From positions 54,819 through 118,818 of the forward strand of contig JAEOTR010000016.1 in the NCBI GenBank assembly GCA_016839705.1: a DNA stretch of 64,000 nt. The letters are read 5' to 3'. The notes below the pieces were generated by a model. The model was given only the letters and a program-made list of their open reading frames with translations, was not told where the DNA came from and did not search any database. Below, piece after piece: positions 19,065 through 29,270 of this stretch; the stretch's first letter is position 1, and every line of letters starts with the position of its first letter. This DNA comes from Promethearchaeota archaeon. GTDB lineage: Archaea; Asgardarchaeota; Lokiarchaeia; Sigyniarchaeales; SOKP01. The position numbers and the translations under genes are program-made.

Positions 19065-20073
19065 AATTGAAATGAAAAATTTGATTAAGGAATATTTGAA
19101 GGAAGTTAAGGCAAAATTACCCGAATGGTTAAAGGATAAAAAAGAGCATAAGGAAATTTTAGCTGAACTTGAAGAACATATTTGGAGTAAGGCAGAAGAA
19201 TTATCGAAAACAGGTCAACCCACTATAAATTCGGTTCGCGAGGCAATTGATCATATGGGAACACCAGAGAGCATCGCCAAAGAATATAAACGTCGAGGAA
19301 CTCCAAAAGTTTACATAACTGAGGAAATGTGGCCTTTATACAAAAAGGTTATAGGTTTTGTGTTCTCGTTAATAATCGTCATCGCCGTTATAGTACAAGT
19401 GATAAATTTAGTTTTTGGAAATTATCATAACTTTTGGGAGGGATTCACGGGCATTCAAATTGGATTACTTATTGCGTTTGCCGTTATAACAATAATTTTT
19501 GTTCTTCTCTCTATGGAAGGATATTTTCCAGAAGATTTCATGTCTGAAAAAGAGCTAAAAAAGAGGAAAGAAGAACCTGGTATAGAAGATGAAAGGGAAA
19601 AACCGTTAAAACCCTTTATAAAACCGGTAGGAGAAATAATTGGGGGCTCATTAGGATTAATATTTGGAGTGTTTTTGATTGTACAACCACTCCCATTCAT
19701 TTTTAGTCTTATTGACAGTGAGTTTCTTTTATTCCTTCAATTTGCGGGTATTTTCATGATTGCTGAGGGTACTTTAGATATGATTAGAGGTTTAATCGGG
19801 AATCGACAACCATTAGCCCATCAAGTCGTTCATGCCATTACTGTAGGTGTAAAGCTAGCTTCTATTTCAGTAGTAGTTTTGATGATGAATAGACCAGAAA
19901 TATTCCCTATATTAATTGTTCAGGACCCGTCAGGTCCCCTGATAAATATCGGTATTGCCCCAGAGTTTTATAATCTTTTTAGAATAATTGCAGGAATCAT
20001 TATTGCTGTGGTTGCTTTAAGTACTTTAGAAAACTTCTATAAGATTTACAAACTCGAAAGTTATAAAAAATAG
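19057..20073 (+). CDS. PadR-associated membrane protein (N-terminal HAAS-like helical domain)
   Basis: IKEYLKEVK...ELEEHI...MGTPESIAKEY followed by about 6 TM segments; overlaps the PadR stop codon. Confidence 0.7.
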   Translation: MSEIEMKNLIKEYLKEVKAKLPEWLKDKKEHKEILAELEEHIWSKAEELSKTGQPTINSVREAIDHMGTPESIAKEYKRRGTPKVYITEEMWPLYKKVIGFVFSLIIVIAVIVQVINLVFGNYHNFWEGFTGIQIGLLIAFAVITIIFVLLSMEGYFPEDFMSEKELKKRKEEPGIEDEREKPLKPFIKPVGEIIGGSLGLIFGVFLIVQPLPFIFSLIDSEFLLFLQFAGIFMIAEGTLDMIRGLIGNRQPLAHQVVHAITVGVKLASISVVVLMMNRPEIFPILIVQDPSGPLINIGIAPEFYNLFRIIAGIIIAVVALSTLENFYKIYKLESYKK

Positions 20074-20084
20074 GAATAAAAAAA

Positions 20085-20110
20085 TTTTTTTTTTTTTGCT
20101 TTTTTTTTTA
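20085..20110 (+). terminator. Oligo-T archaeal intrinsic terminator candidate
   Basis: A 13-T run and a second long T run lie just after the 20073 stop, between convergent genes. Confidence 0.45.
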
Positions 20111-20153
20111 TTAAGTCTTTTTTCTTTTTGATTTTAGTACATATAGAAAAAAA

Positions 20154-22406
20154 TTAGTATGAAGTGTGAGTACTACTCATGTTAACTAATCTTGGTAAAA
20201 CTATGCAAGAAGGATAATCTGGACCTACAAGTAGTGTATTATTAGCGATATTGTAGTTTAAATAGCTATAAGCTAATGGTGCCCCTGTATTTGGATTTGC
20301 TGCGAAACGAGGATAATTAGAACTCGAGATTGCAATTCTTATCTTATGACCTTGTGCAAAAACATAGGCTGTGGACCATAAATCAACAAATAATTCATAG
20401 ACATCGGTTTGATTCCCTGACATAAATCCTTCAGAGGTATAATTATTTCTTGAACGAACTGTTAAAGAACCATCTGTTATTAACATCGAACGTCCATCTG
20501 GATAAACATCAGTAAGTTTTACTGTAAAATCTGTATCCGTACAATTGGAAGTAACAAATAAATTCCCAAAAATTCTTCCTACGGTCTCCACTGATTCTGG
20601 TAATGCTGTGCTTTCAAAGATTAGAACATCAGGTCTACTCTCGGTAGACCTCTGATCCATTGGGCCTGCTAAGTCGAAAGGTTGGTTTTGTCCCCCTAAA
20701 TTTGGAACAGGATCTCTTGGATCGTATAAGTAAGAGAAATTCTTATTTATAGAAGGAAGAGTACTATTAATTAAACCGCTAGTTGACGTGAAATACCACT
20801 TATCATCCACATGATCAAGAGGCCAATCATAAGCATATCTCCAGTAATTCCAATCATCAGAAGGAGTATCTACATCGCCCATTAGATAATAGGCGACCCT
20901 TTCTCTGTTCCAATTTGTAGACTTCCCTAAAAGAGCATAATCAAAAACAGCCATTTCCCAATTCAAAGCAAGATTAAAGCCAATTGAGTTCTTTGGATAA
21001 CTTAATTCTCCTTGTTTTACTGAATCAAACAAGTTGACATGAGTCCATGGTCCCATTATTAATCTTTGTTTACCTTGAGCGCTAAGGGCACCATAATCAT
21101 CATATCCAATGTATCCATCGATAGTACCTTGTAAAAAATGGTCATACCAGCCACCCACATGTATTCCCGCAACAGAAACGTTCGAATAGACTGGTCCAAT
21201 TGGTATTGATAACGATGTTGAATTGTATAGTGTTTCATCTTTAGGATTTGAAAACGATAAAAGAGTTTCGATTTGATATTTCCAATTGTTTGGAGCATTA
21301 TCTTGAATCCATGTCTCAACGGAGGATTTATGGTAAGAGCCTTGATAGATTGCATGATCGTATAATTCTGGAGTTCCAAACCATAGTTGTTGGGCGACTA
21401 ATCCCTCAGGAGCCATTCCTGCATAGAAATATTGATTGATACAGAGTGCGGAAGGTCCAGCGCTCGCAATTTTGCCATTACACCAACTTTGGTCTAATAT
21501 CCAATTGATAGTGTCAACGCCATCTAAATAGGAATCTTTAAAGAGTAAGAATTGACTTCCTCCTTCAGAATCATGAGTTCCCCTTAAATCTTGTACTACT
21601 GCATGGTATTCTTGAGTTGTATAATACTGTAAAGCCAAATCAGCAGCCCAACCTGATTTACCATAAGGAGTTCTTACCATAACAACTGGTTTTGGGGTTC
21701 CAAAAGAACCCGGAGAAAAATATAAATCAGTAGCTAATTTGACACCATCCCTCATCTCAACCATATATGTCTTTTTTGTGGTAGGAGCGTATACTAGAGT
21801 AATTGTAAGAATAGTGGAAGGGATTGCTATTAAAAGTATTAAACTTGCAGCTTTAACTGGTCTTGGAAATTTATTCAACCATCTTTTATCATATTTAGTG
21901 ATCAACTTTGAAAGCGAGAGATTAGAAATTTTTAACCCATAATGGAAGTAGGCTAGTAGACTTATCCCGACTGCGGCTATCGAGTAATAATTCACTTCAA
22001 TAAACAGAAACCAAATTATTCCTCCCAAAGGTATAAGTATATTGAATAGTTTTGCTATTTTATCTATATACTTAAATCTTATATTTTTGCTGATGTGTTT
22101 AAGATAATTGGTTGTCATCAATAATGAATAAAAAGAGATGAATACCGCAATAGGGGATAATACAATTCCAATTAAAATTATTGAAACCTGTTTTAAGGTA
22201 AAGTTAATAATTTCATTTTTAGTAAATAACTTCTTCCCTTCTTCCAACTCTTTATTAAAATCTTTGTAATAATTGAAGTAATACGCACCTATGTATAATC
22301 CGCGGCAGATTAGTAGCATTAGTAAATTAGTGGTAAAGATTTGTTCGAAGTTTAAGTACCCTAAACTATATAGCTGAAAAAATATCATTATAATCCAATT
22401 AATCAT
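20154..22406 (-). CDS. CocE/NonD family (S15-like) serine hydrolase with N-terminal membrane domain
   Basis: MRDGVKLATD, RTPYGK, QDLRGTHDSEG, WCNGKI-x3-GPSA, GGWYD, GPWTH, DTDFTVKLTDVYPDG and SSNYPRF; hydrophobic first ~200 aa. Confidence 0.88.
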   Translation of the reverse strand: MINWIIMIFFQLYSLGYLNFEQIFTTNLLMLLICRGLYIGAYYFNYYKDFNKELEEGKKLFTKNEIINFTLKQVSIILIGIVLSPIAVFISFYSLLMTTNYLKHISKNIRFKYIDKIAKLFNILIPLGGIIWFLFIEVNYYSIAAVGISLLAYFHYGLKISNLSLSKLITKYDKRWLNKFPRPVKAASLILLIAIPSTILTITLVYAPTTKKTYMVEMRDGVKLATDLYFSPGSFGTPKPVVMVRTPYGKSGWAADLALQYYTTQEYHAVVQDLRGTHDSEGGSQFLLFKDSYLDGVDTINWILDQSWCNGKIASAGPSALCINQYFYAGMAPEGLVAQQLWFGTPELYDHAIYQGSYHKSSVETWIQDNAPNNWKYQIETLLSFSNPKDETLYNSTSLSIPIGPVYSNVSVAGIHVGGWYDHFLQGTIDGYIGYDDYGALSAQGKQRLIMGPWTHVNLFDSVKQGELSYPKNSIGFNLALNWEMAVFDYALLGKSTNWNRERVAYYLMGDVDTPSDDWNYWRYAYDWPLDHVDDKWYFTSTSGLINSTLPSINKNFSYLYDPRDPVPNLGGQNQPFDLAGPMDQRSTESRPDVLIFESTALPESVETVGRIFGNLFVTSNCTDTDFTVKLTDVYPDGRSMLITDGSLTVRSRNNYTSEGFMSGNQTDVYELFVDLWSTAYVFAQGHKIRIAISSSNYPRFAANPNTGAPLAYSYLNYNIANNTLLVGPDYPSCIVLPRLVNMSSTHTSY

Positions 22407-22473
22407 AAACTATATTGAGATTAGCTTACTAATAAAAGTATTTGATTGTTTAATCAACCAAATTTCTTTATAA

Positions 22474-23901
22474 TTGATGAGAAATACAATAGAATCTTCA
22501 GAGGAAAATCTTCATCGAAGGTCTTATGGTGTTCATCTAACCTCAAGCGATATTTTCTTGAAGTTTATTTTCCCTGAAATAAAGGAAAAAATATGGGGAT
22601 ATAAATGGGTTGATTTATATGCTGGAGAAGGTAATCTAATATTGCCTATATTGAAATCAATCCCCCCCGCGGATAGGATAAATTTTTTTAAAAATCATAT
22701 TTATTTATCCGATATACAGGAAGAAATGTTAGAAAAATGCATTAAGAGAGCTTCGGATTATGGTATTCCTCCTGAAGTGGCTTCACGCAATGTAGAACTT
22801 AGGGATAATCTAGAACAATCACCTGATTTTTTAAAGGATAATCGAAAATCGATATTCCATATTACTAATCCACCATACCTTTATTTAGGATATATTAGAA
22901 AAAATGAAGAAACTCAGAAATATCTAAAGTTATTTGAAGGGAAAAATGATGGTTATCAGGATTTATACCAAATTGCGATGCTAAATGATTTAAGGAATCA
23001 ATTGGACAATCTTATCTACATTATCCCTTCTAATTTTTTATTTGGAGCCTCTGTCTCTAATAAATTTCGAAATGATTTCTTACAATTTTATAAAATTAAG
23101 AAAATGATAATATTTGAGACGAGGATATTCGAGTTTACGGGAACCAACATCTGTATTGGTTTTTTTGAGAGAAAAAAAGTCCCTAAATCAGAGAATGTTG
23201 AATTTATGGGCGTTAAATTTAAACAACACAATAAAGAAATTAAAAAAAAATATTTGCTTAAACCAGAATACAAATACCGAGCCGGTTATGAATTTGATGA
23301 TTTTTTAGATAAAAATCGAATAAAAATTCCTCTGACTACTAATTATTATTTATTAAAAAAGGAAGTAAAAAACAATATAGGAATTAACAAGTTAAGTGTT
23401 ATAGACGCTAATAATTATAAAAATAATCATTATATTAAACTCGATCTTAAGGTAAATGATAATTTAAAAAACAAAGTCGAATCCAATATATTATATGTTC
23501 GAACTGTTGATACTGGATCAATAGATGGCAGAGTTGGATTAGGAATAATTGCAGAAGATTTTAATGTTGATGGAATATATGTATCTGGGAATACTTACAG
23601 AACTCATCCAATCCAACTATTTTTTGAACCAAATTTATCGCAACATGAGCAATTTTTATTAAAAGATTATTTTAATTTTATTTTGGAATATTTTAGAGAG
23701 AAATTAGATAGTGAATTTCTCACTACCTATAAATATTCTAACGCTGATTATACAAGAAAATATTTAGGCTTAACTCAAGTCAGAAAATTAATTCAAACTT
23801 TCCCTTACATGATGATGAACGAAAAATTCAACCAGAAGTTGGCATCTTTAATTGAAAAAAAAGATTTGGATGATATTTTAGATTTATTTGATGCTTGCTA
23901 A
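22474..23901 (+). CDS. Amino (N6-adenine-type) DNA methyltransferase, orphan
   Basis: Motif X (YGVHLT), motif I (VDLYAGEGNL), motif IV (ITNPPY) and YIIPSNFL. Confidence 0.75.
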   Translation: MMRNTIESSEENLHRRSYGVHLTSSDIFLKFIFPEIKEKIWGYKWVDLYAGEGNLILPILKSIPPADRINFFKNHIYLSDIQEEMLEKCIKRASDYGIPPEVASRNVELRDNLEQSPDFLKDNRKSIFHITNPPYLYLGYIRKNEETQKYLKLFEGKNDGYQDLYQIAMLNDLRNQLDNLIYIIPSNFLFGASVSNKFRNDFLQFYKIKKMIIFETRIFEFTGTNICIGFFERKKVPKSENVEFMGVKFKQHNKEIKKKYLLKPEYKYRAGYEFDDFLDKNRIKIPLTTNYYLLKKEVKNNIGINKLSVIDANNYKNNHYIKLDLKVNDNLKNKVESNILYVRTVDTGSIDGRVGLGIIAEDFNVDGIYVSGNTYRTHPIQLFFEPNLSQHEQFLLKDYFNFILEYFREKLDSEFLTTYKYSNADYTRKYLGLTQVRKLIQTFPYMMMNEKFNQKLASLIEKKDLDDILDLFDAC

Positions 23902-24759
23902 AAGAAAAGCTATTAAACCTAGATATGCCCCTATCTTCAAAACTAAGCTAATTTTTTTAAAATTCTCTCTCATTAAATTACCTTTAGCCATTAAAATAAC
24001 AGCAAACAAAACTACAATAAAACCAAAAGCCATAGAAATTAAGAAGAGTAATGGATTTAGAATATTAGTAAAATAAGGTAATATGTAAAAGACCATTGCG
24101 AAAATTGCAAATACCATAGCAATATAGGTTGATTTTTTTGTTCCAATCCTAATAGCTAAAGTTTTCACGCCTTCTATTTTATCTCCTTCAATATCTTCAC
24201 ACCCTTTAATAATTTCTCGAGAGAGCAGAGCGAAGAATGCCGCTGAAAAGAAGAAATATATATAAAAAGGCACATTCGAATTATTTAAAATTGCCCCATA
24301 GATAAGTCCGATAGAAAATGATGCACTGACAATAATATTACCGATAAATCCACTCTTCTTACCCCAAGCAGCGTATAACCATCCAATAAAAACCATTAAA
24401 ACCACTATAATAATATTTATAAAAAATATTTGAAATAGAAAACTATGAATTATTGCTATAACTATACCAATAAGGGCGGTGGTTATCCATAAAGTCTTTG
24501 CTTGCTTTAAAGATATTGCTCCTCTAGGAATGGGCCTATCTGGACGATTTATTTTATCTATTTCTATATCATAATAGTCGTTTATGATGTTTCCTGCACC
24601 TGCCAAAAAAAAGTATGTAAGAACACCTAATATTATATTAAAAATCAAAGTTACTGCATTGACCCCAATCCTAGTATTTAAAATTCCTATGATTACACTT
24701 AAACTACCCATTATATCGTTAAGTGGTCTGAGTATTTCAATAATATCTTTAAACTTCAT
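23884..24759 (-). CDS. Digeranylgeranylglyceryl phosphate synthase (UbiA family)
   Basis: ILRPLN, NDYYDIEIDKINRPDRPIPRG and REIIKGCEDIEGD; in an operon with GGGP synthase. Confidence 0.88.
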   Translation of the reverse strand: MKFKDIIEILRPLNDIMGSLSVIIGILNTRIGVNAVTLIFNIILGVLTYFFLAGAGNIINDYYDIEIDKINRPDRPIPRGAISLKQAKTLWITTALIGIVIAIIHSFLFQIFFINIIIVVLMVFIGWLYAAWGKKSGFIGNIIVSASFSIGLIYGAILNNSNVPFYIYFFFSAAFFALLSREIIKGCEDIEGDKIEGVKTLAIRIGTKKSTYIAMVFAIFAMVFYILPYFTNILNPLLFLISMAFGFIVVLFAVILMAKGNLMRENFKKISLVLKIGAYLGLIAFLLASIK

Positions 24760-24783
24760 GATTTAATTCTTAATAATATTCTA

Positions 24784-25608
24784 TTAAGTAGAAAAATTCT
24801 TCTTCTGAGCTTTTCCTGCTTCTTTAATTTCTTTAATAATTAATTTTAGAGAATTTCCATTATCTTTAAGTACATGATTTTCGAGATACGTTCCCATAAC
24901 GATGATATCTGCTCCTGCTTCAACAAATGCTCTTGCGTCTTCTTTATTTTGAACGCCACCTCCAGCTATTATTGGAATATTTAGGATTTGTGAACATGTA
25001 GTTATATGGTCTATAGGAATCTTTTCACTACCTGATCCTGCTTCCAAATAGACCATTTTAAATCCATACATTTCAGCAGCTAATGCATAAGCAGTCGTTA
25101 ATTTAGGTTTGTGTCTAGGCAATAGTTTTGCATTTCCTATCCACCCTGCACTACCACCGGGTTCTATTATTAAATATGCCATTGATATATATTCTAAATT
25201 TGCACTTTTAATTGTAAAAGATGCAAGAGCTTGTTGCCCAACAATAAAATAAGGATCTGAGGAATTTAATAATGACATAAACAAAATAGCATCAGCATGG
25301 TGAGAGATATTGCTAATCCCTCCCGGAAAAATAATTACTGGCACATTAGCTTCACTTTTCACAGCAAGTACAGTTTTATCTACAAATCCTTGATTAAAAA
25401 TAGTACTTCCGCCAATTAATATAGCATCTGTTCCCGCCTCTTGAGCAATTTTAGCCATCTTTGCGGCTTTGTTTGGATTTTGCCTCATTGGATCCGGATC
25501 GATTAGAGAAAAATGCAAGGCACCCTCACTATTTAGTTTTTTTATGATATATTCATAAGTACTTTTTTCAATATACTCATCTATTACAATATCAACCATA
25601 TTATTCAC
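24784..25608 (-). CDS. Geranylgeranylglyceryl phosphate synthase (group II-like)
   Basis: HFSLIDPD, TDAILIGGS, FPG, FMSLLNS, YLEAGSG and AGGGV. Confidence 0.9.
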   Translation of the reverse strand: MNNMVDIVIDEYIEKSTYEYIIKKLNSEGALHFSLIDPDPMRQNPNKAAKMAKIAQEAGTDAILIGGSTIFNQGFVDKTVLAVKSEANVPVIIFPGGISNISHHADAILFMSLLNSSDPYFIVGQQALASFTIKSANLEYISMAYLIIEPGGSAGWIGNAKLLPRHKPKLTTAYALAAEMYGFKMVYLEAGSGSEKIPIDHITTCSQILNIPIIAGGGVQNKEDARAFVEAGADIIVMGTYLENHVLKDNGNSLKLIIKEIKEAGKAQKKNFST

Positions 25609-25621
25609 TCCTTAATCCTTA

Positions 25622-27013
25622 TTACTTTTTTTTAGTTTTCACTATCATTTTCTTAATTTTATCATAAACACTAATTACCCTCTCTTTCCATTCAGGAAAC
25701 TTATCTAATCCCTTTGGAAAGCTTTTATAGAGTTTGTTTATTTCATTCATTTTAATTCTGAGAAAATTCAGATCTAACAATAGTTTTGGTCGAGAAATTC
25801 CTTTAATGGTTTTTGCAGCCAAACTAATTATTGATAAATTTAATCCTCCTTTCGAAGAAATTTGTAGGATTTCCTCTCCAGTTAATATATCACGTTCTAA
25901 TCCAAAATTTAAATCATCATTCGAAAGAGTTTGAAGCACAATCCGTAATAAGTCTAATGCAGCGAATTCTGCTCCAAAACTAGTCATAATTCGATGATTA
26001 TATTCCCATAATGCATTGATTGAATAATCATTTTTTTCGATAGCATGTGTTGCTGAATTAGCAGCATAATATCCAGCTCTCATGGAAGGGTCAATCCCTC
26101 CACCATGGAGAGGATTAACTTGGCAAGCCGAATCCCCAATGAGTATGATCCCATTATCAGCACAAGACCATAATGGCCTACGTACAGGAACTACGCCCCC
26201 ACCTGTGGAAATTATATTGTATTTCGAAGTTTTAATATATTCTTGAAAGACATTTTTATGGTAAAGGTCCTTTACTTTTCCTTTATAGTCCATAAAAGCT
26301 CCTAACCCAATATTTACAGAAGATTCATTTTTTGGGAAATACCAGATATACCCCCCTGGGGCTTTTTCTTGATCAAGGATAATTGAGATATACTCAGGAT
26401 CTTGTACTTCTAAATCTTTAGGGGAAAATTCTACAATCTCCCGATAACATAAGATGCTATCCTCTCTTGGGAGATTTTTTTCGATTAATGAACTTTTTAC
26501 AAGTTTCCGTAAAGGAGAATAGAATCCACTAGCATCAATTACAATCTTAGACTTAAAATTAGTTTTTTCTCCATTATTTAATTTTACTTTCAGTCCTGAC
26601 ACAGTGTTATTTTCGTAAATTAAATCTAGAGCCATAGTTTTATCTAAAAACTGATTTACTCCCGCATCGACAGCTTCATTCAATAAACGTTGTCCAAATT
26701 CTAATCTGTTTACGATATAACCAGCTTGCTTTGGATCGACTAAAGTAAGGCATTTCTTTAGACTTGGGGAGTATAGTTTTGCTCCTTTAATATGACAGGA
26801 TAATTCCTCACCTTTAGGGTGATTGATATTCAATAACCCGAAGATTTCGTTTCCTACAGCATCTCCACAAATTTTGTTCCCAATTTGATCTCTTGGTTTA
26901 CTGTCAATTAAACACACGTTTAAACCATTTTTTGCTGCAAATCTCGCAGCAATGGCACCGCCAGTACCTGCTCCAACCACTATAACATCAAAAGAGTGTT
27001 GTATGTTTTCCAT
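25622..27013 (-). CDS. Geranylgeranyl reductase family FAD oxidoreductase
   Basis: VVGAGTGG, KICGDA, PGGYIWYFPK and GDSACQVNPLHGGGI. Confidence 0.88.
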   Translation of the reverse strand: MENIQHSFDVIVVGAGTGGAIAARFAAKNGLNVCLIDSKPRDQIGNKICGDAVGNEIFGLLNINHPKGEELSCHIKGAKLYSPSLKKCLTLVDPKQAGYIVNRLEFGQRLLNEAVDAGVNQFLDKTMALDLIYENNTVSGLKVKLNNGEKTNFKSKIVIDASGFYSPLRKLVKSSLIEKNLPREDSILCYREIVEFSPKDLEVQDPEYISIILDQEKAPGGYIWYFPKNESSVNIGLGAFMDYKGKVKDLYHKNVFQEYIKTSKYNIISTGGGVVPVRRPLWSCADNGIILIGDSACQVNPLHGGGIDPSMRAGYYAANSATHAIEKNDYSINALWEYNHRIMTSFGAEFAALDLLRIVLQTLSNDDLNFGLERDILTGEEILQISSKGGLNLSIISLAAKTIKGISRPKLLLDLNFLRIKMNEINKLYKSFPKGLDKFPEWKERVISVYDKIKKMIVKTKKK

Positions 27014-27081
27014 GGCAACTGGGTATTATAATCTACTAAATTTGATATTTAATTTGATTCTGATTAAAAAATTGATATTGA

Positions 27082-27828
27082 TTATATTAAAGCTAATAGA
27101 TATATTATAATCGTACTACCTAATGGAACTGTTAAATCATCATACGTACTTGGAGATATTAACTCTATTATAGTTGCAATTCCACTAGTAATTAATGAAT
27201 AGATTAAAATTGTGATTAGAGATAAGGGTTCTTGAACAGGTATGAGTAATCCAAATAGGAAAAAAGAGAGAAAACACAATATCAAAGCAGTTATGAAAAA
27301 GGTAGAAGACCCCTCTAAGGTTCTTTTCGAATTTGTCCAAGGCAAACTGATATTGATCTTTCCCCAACGTTTGCCTATGACTGAAGCTAATGTGTCTGAA
27401 ATAATCATAATTAAAATTCCCGCAATAGGAAAATAAAAATTCTCAGGAGCAACAAGCCCAAAAATAAAAACTAATGTTGTAATTGAAAGGCAATAGTAAA
27501 AAGGACCCTGAAGAAAGGCTCTTTTTAATCCTTCTTCCTGTTCTTCTGATATAGCATCATAGAGATCTTTAAATTGTTTTACCTTTGAATCTTTAGAACT
27601 AAAAAATACGAATAATGTAAGTGTTCCTGCAATAATAGTTGGCCAAAATGGCCAAAAGTAGAAAGGGGAGCTTAAAATGGCTAATCCCGCAGAAAAATGA
27701 ACAGTCTTTCGTGCGGAAAATTTAGAAATCTTATTTTTTTTATATAATATCAAAGGGATAAAAATTGTCAGCAATACATAAAAGTAAGTAATTCCGACAA
27801 TTCCAAGGTCAGAGATAAATCTATTCAT
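27082..27828 (-). CDS. Phytol/dolichol kinase-like CTP-dependent polyprenol kinase (membrane)
   Basis: ARKTVH, GPFYY, DTLASVIGKRWG, KRTLEGS and E-x5-YDDLTVP; multiple TM segments. Confidence 0.78.
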   Translation of the reverse strand: MNRFISDLGIVGITYFYVLLTIFIPLILYKKNKISKFSARKTVHFSAGLAILSSPFYFWPFWPTIIAGTLTLFVFFSSKDSKVKQFKDLYDAISEEQEEGLKRAFLQGPFYYCLSITTLVFIFGLVAPENFYFPIAGILIMIISDTLASVIGKRWGKINISLPWTNSKRTLEGSSTFFITALILCFLSFFLFGLLIPVQEPLSLITILIYSLITSGIATIIELISPSTYDDLTVPLGSTIIIYLLALI

Positions 27829-27943
27829 TTTGGTATGTAATCTATTATCTATTAAACCAAAGAAGTATTCTTGCTTTATAGATTTTTTTCATATTCCTTT
27901 GTATGATTATTACGAATAATATGATCAAGAGTATGAATATTCC

Positions 27944-29197
27944 TTATGGAGGTAAAGGGGGAACTTCGTTATTTTTCCATTGATTCACAATCGGAAAAGT
28001 CCACCAATGTTCAGGAACATTAGAATAAACGCTATATTTTTCTAAACCCTTAGTAAAAGCATTAACGTTTGATTCTGGGGCTTGAATATGATCTGTTTGA
28101 GGATAGAAATATGCTCCAAATCCTCCTTTTCGAGTTCCCAGATTACGAACCATGTGCCAAACTTCTCGTTCACATTCTTCGGGTGTCCCTTGTGTATAAA
28201 TCGATTGAATATTGATACATCCCCACATCATTATCTTTCCACGAAATTGACTCAATTCCTTGTAACCAGTCATCCGAGGACTATCAAGTTCCAAGGCATC
28301 TAATCCCCAATCAATTAACAATGGCATGATTGGATCAATTTTACCACAGCAGTGCAGATGAAAATCACACCCTAAATCATGTGCAGTATCAATTAGTTGT
28401 TTATAAACTGGTTCATAAAATTCCTCGAAGATCTTGGGGTTGAAAAATGGCCCTTTTTGTTCGCCTAAATCGTCATATAATACAAAACCGTGGGGATTCG
28501 CCCCATGTTTAACCCACATTTTTTCTTGTTCAATAAAAATATTAGTAATAATCTCTAAAAGTTGTTTAAGCTCTCTTTTATTTTTATAATGATCTACTAA
28601 AAAGGTATTAAATCCTCGCATAGAACTTGCAACATAAAACGGTCCAAGACCGAGACTATACATACGATATTTATTTTTTGCTCTTTCCTTACTTCTCTCA
28701 ATAACATAAGAGTATCGATCCTCTTCATCCATGTTTGGTGTATATTTCTTGAAATATTCCTCTAATTTACTGTAATCGGTCAATGAAGGTCTTCCAGGGT
28801 GTCCCATAGTATTAATACCACCTATAATCCATATAGTCCCAAATTCGTCAATTTCTTCTCTTGGTAAATTCAACCAATCCTTATATTTCGGATCTTTAGC
28901 CCATTCAGGTTTATCCCATTCCCATAATTTATAGTTTATTAAATAATCAGGTACATGAGGAAATAAGCCTTTTTCATTTTCATAATGTCCGGGTTGCCAA
29001 GATTTAGAAGGTAAAGAAGCAAGGGTATAAACATCGCTTCCTCGACTGAATTTCCAAATTGGAACTTTATCTGGTCCTTGAAAATTGAGAGCAGCTTTTA
29101 CACGTTCGATTGAGTTTAAGTTTTCCACCTTGAAAAAAAAAGTTATAATTGAATGTATAAAATTAAAATTTTTATTAAAACTTTTATTGAATATCAA
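27944..29197 (-). CDS. Uroporphyrinogen decarboxylase/cobalamin methyltransferase (URO-D/MtaA-like) family protein
   Basis: ERVKAALNF-x2-PDKVP, DEFG, YDDLGEQ and HLHCCGKI. The true start is probably ~25 codons downstream of the listed one. Confidence 0.75.
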   Translation of the reverse strand: MIFNKSFNKNFNFIHSIITFFFKVENLNSIERVKAALNFQGPDKVPIWKFSRGSDVYTLASLPSKSWQPGHYENEKGLFPHVPDYLINYKLWEWDKPEWAKDPKYKDWLNLPREEIDEFGTIWIIGGINTMGHPGRPSLTDYSKLEEYFKKYTPNMDEEDRYSYVIERSKERAKNKYRMYSLGLGPFYVASSMRGFNTFLVDHYKNKRELKQLLEIITNIFIEQEKMWVKHGANPHGFVLYDDLGEQKGPFFNPKIFEEFYEPVYKQLIDTAHDLGCDFHLHCCGKIDPIMPLLIDWGLDALELDSPRMTGYKELSQFRGKIMMWGCINIQSIYTQGTPEECEREVWHMVRNLGTRKGGFGAYFYPQTDHIQAPESNVNAFTKGLEKYSVYSNVPEHWWTFPIVNQWKNNEVPPLPP

Positions 29198-29270
29198 ATT
29201 TCAATCCCAAAAGAAGTAGATCAATATTAAACATATAAGTAACTAAGAAAGTTAAGTATGTGAAAATAGA

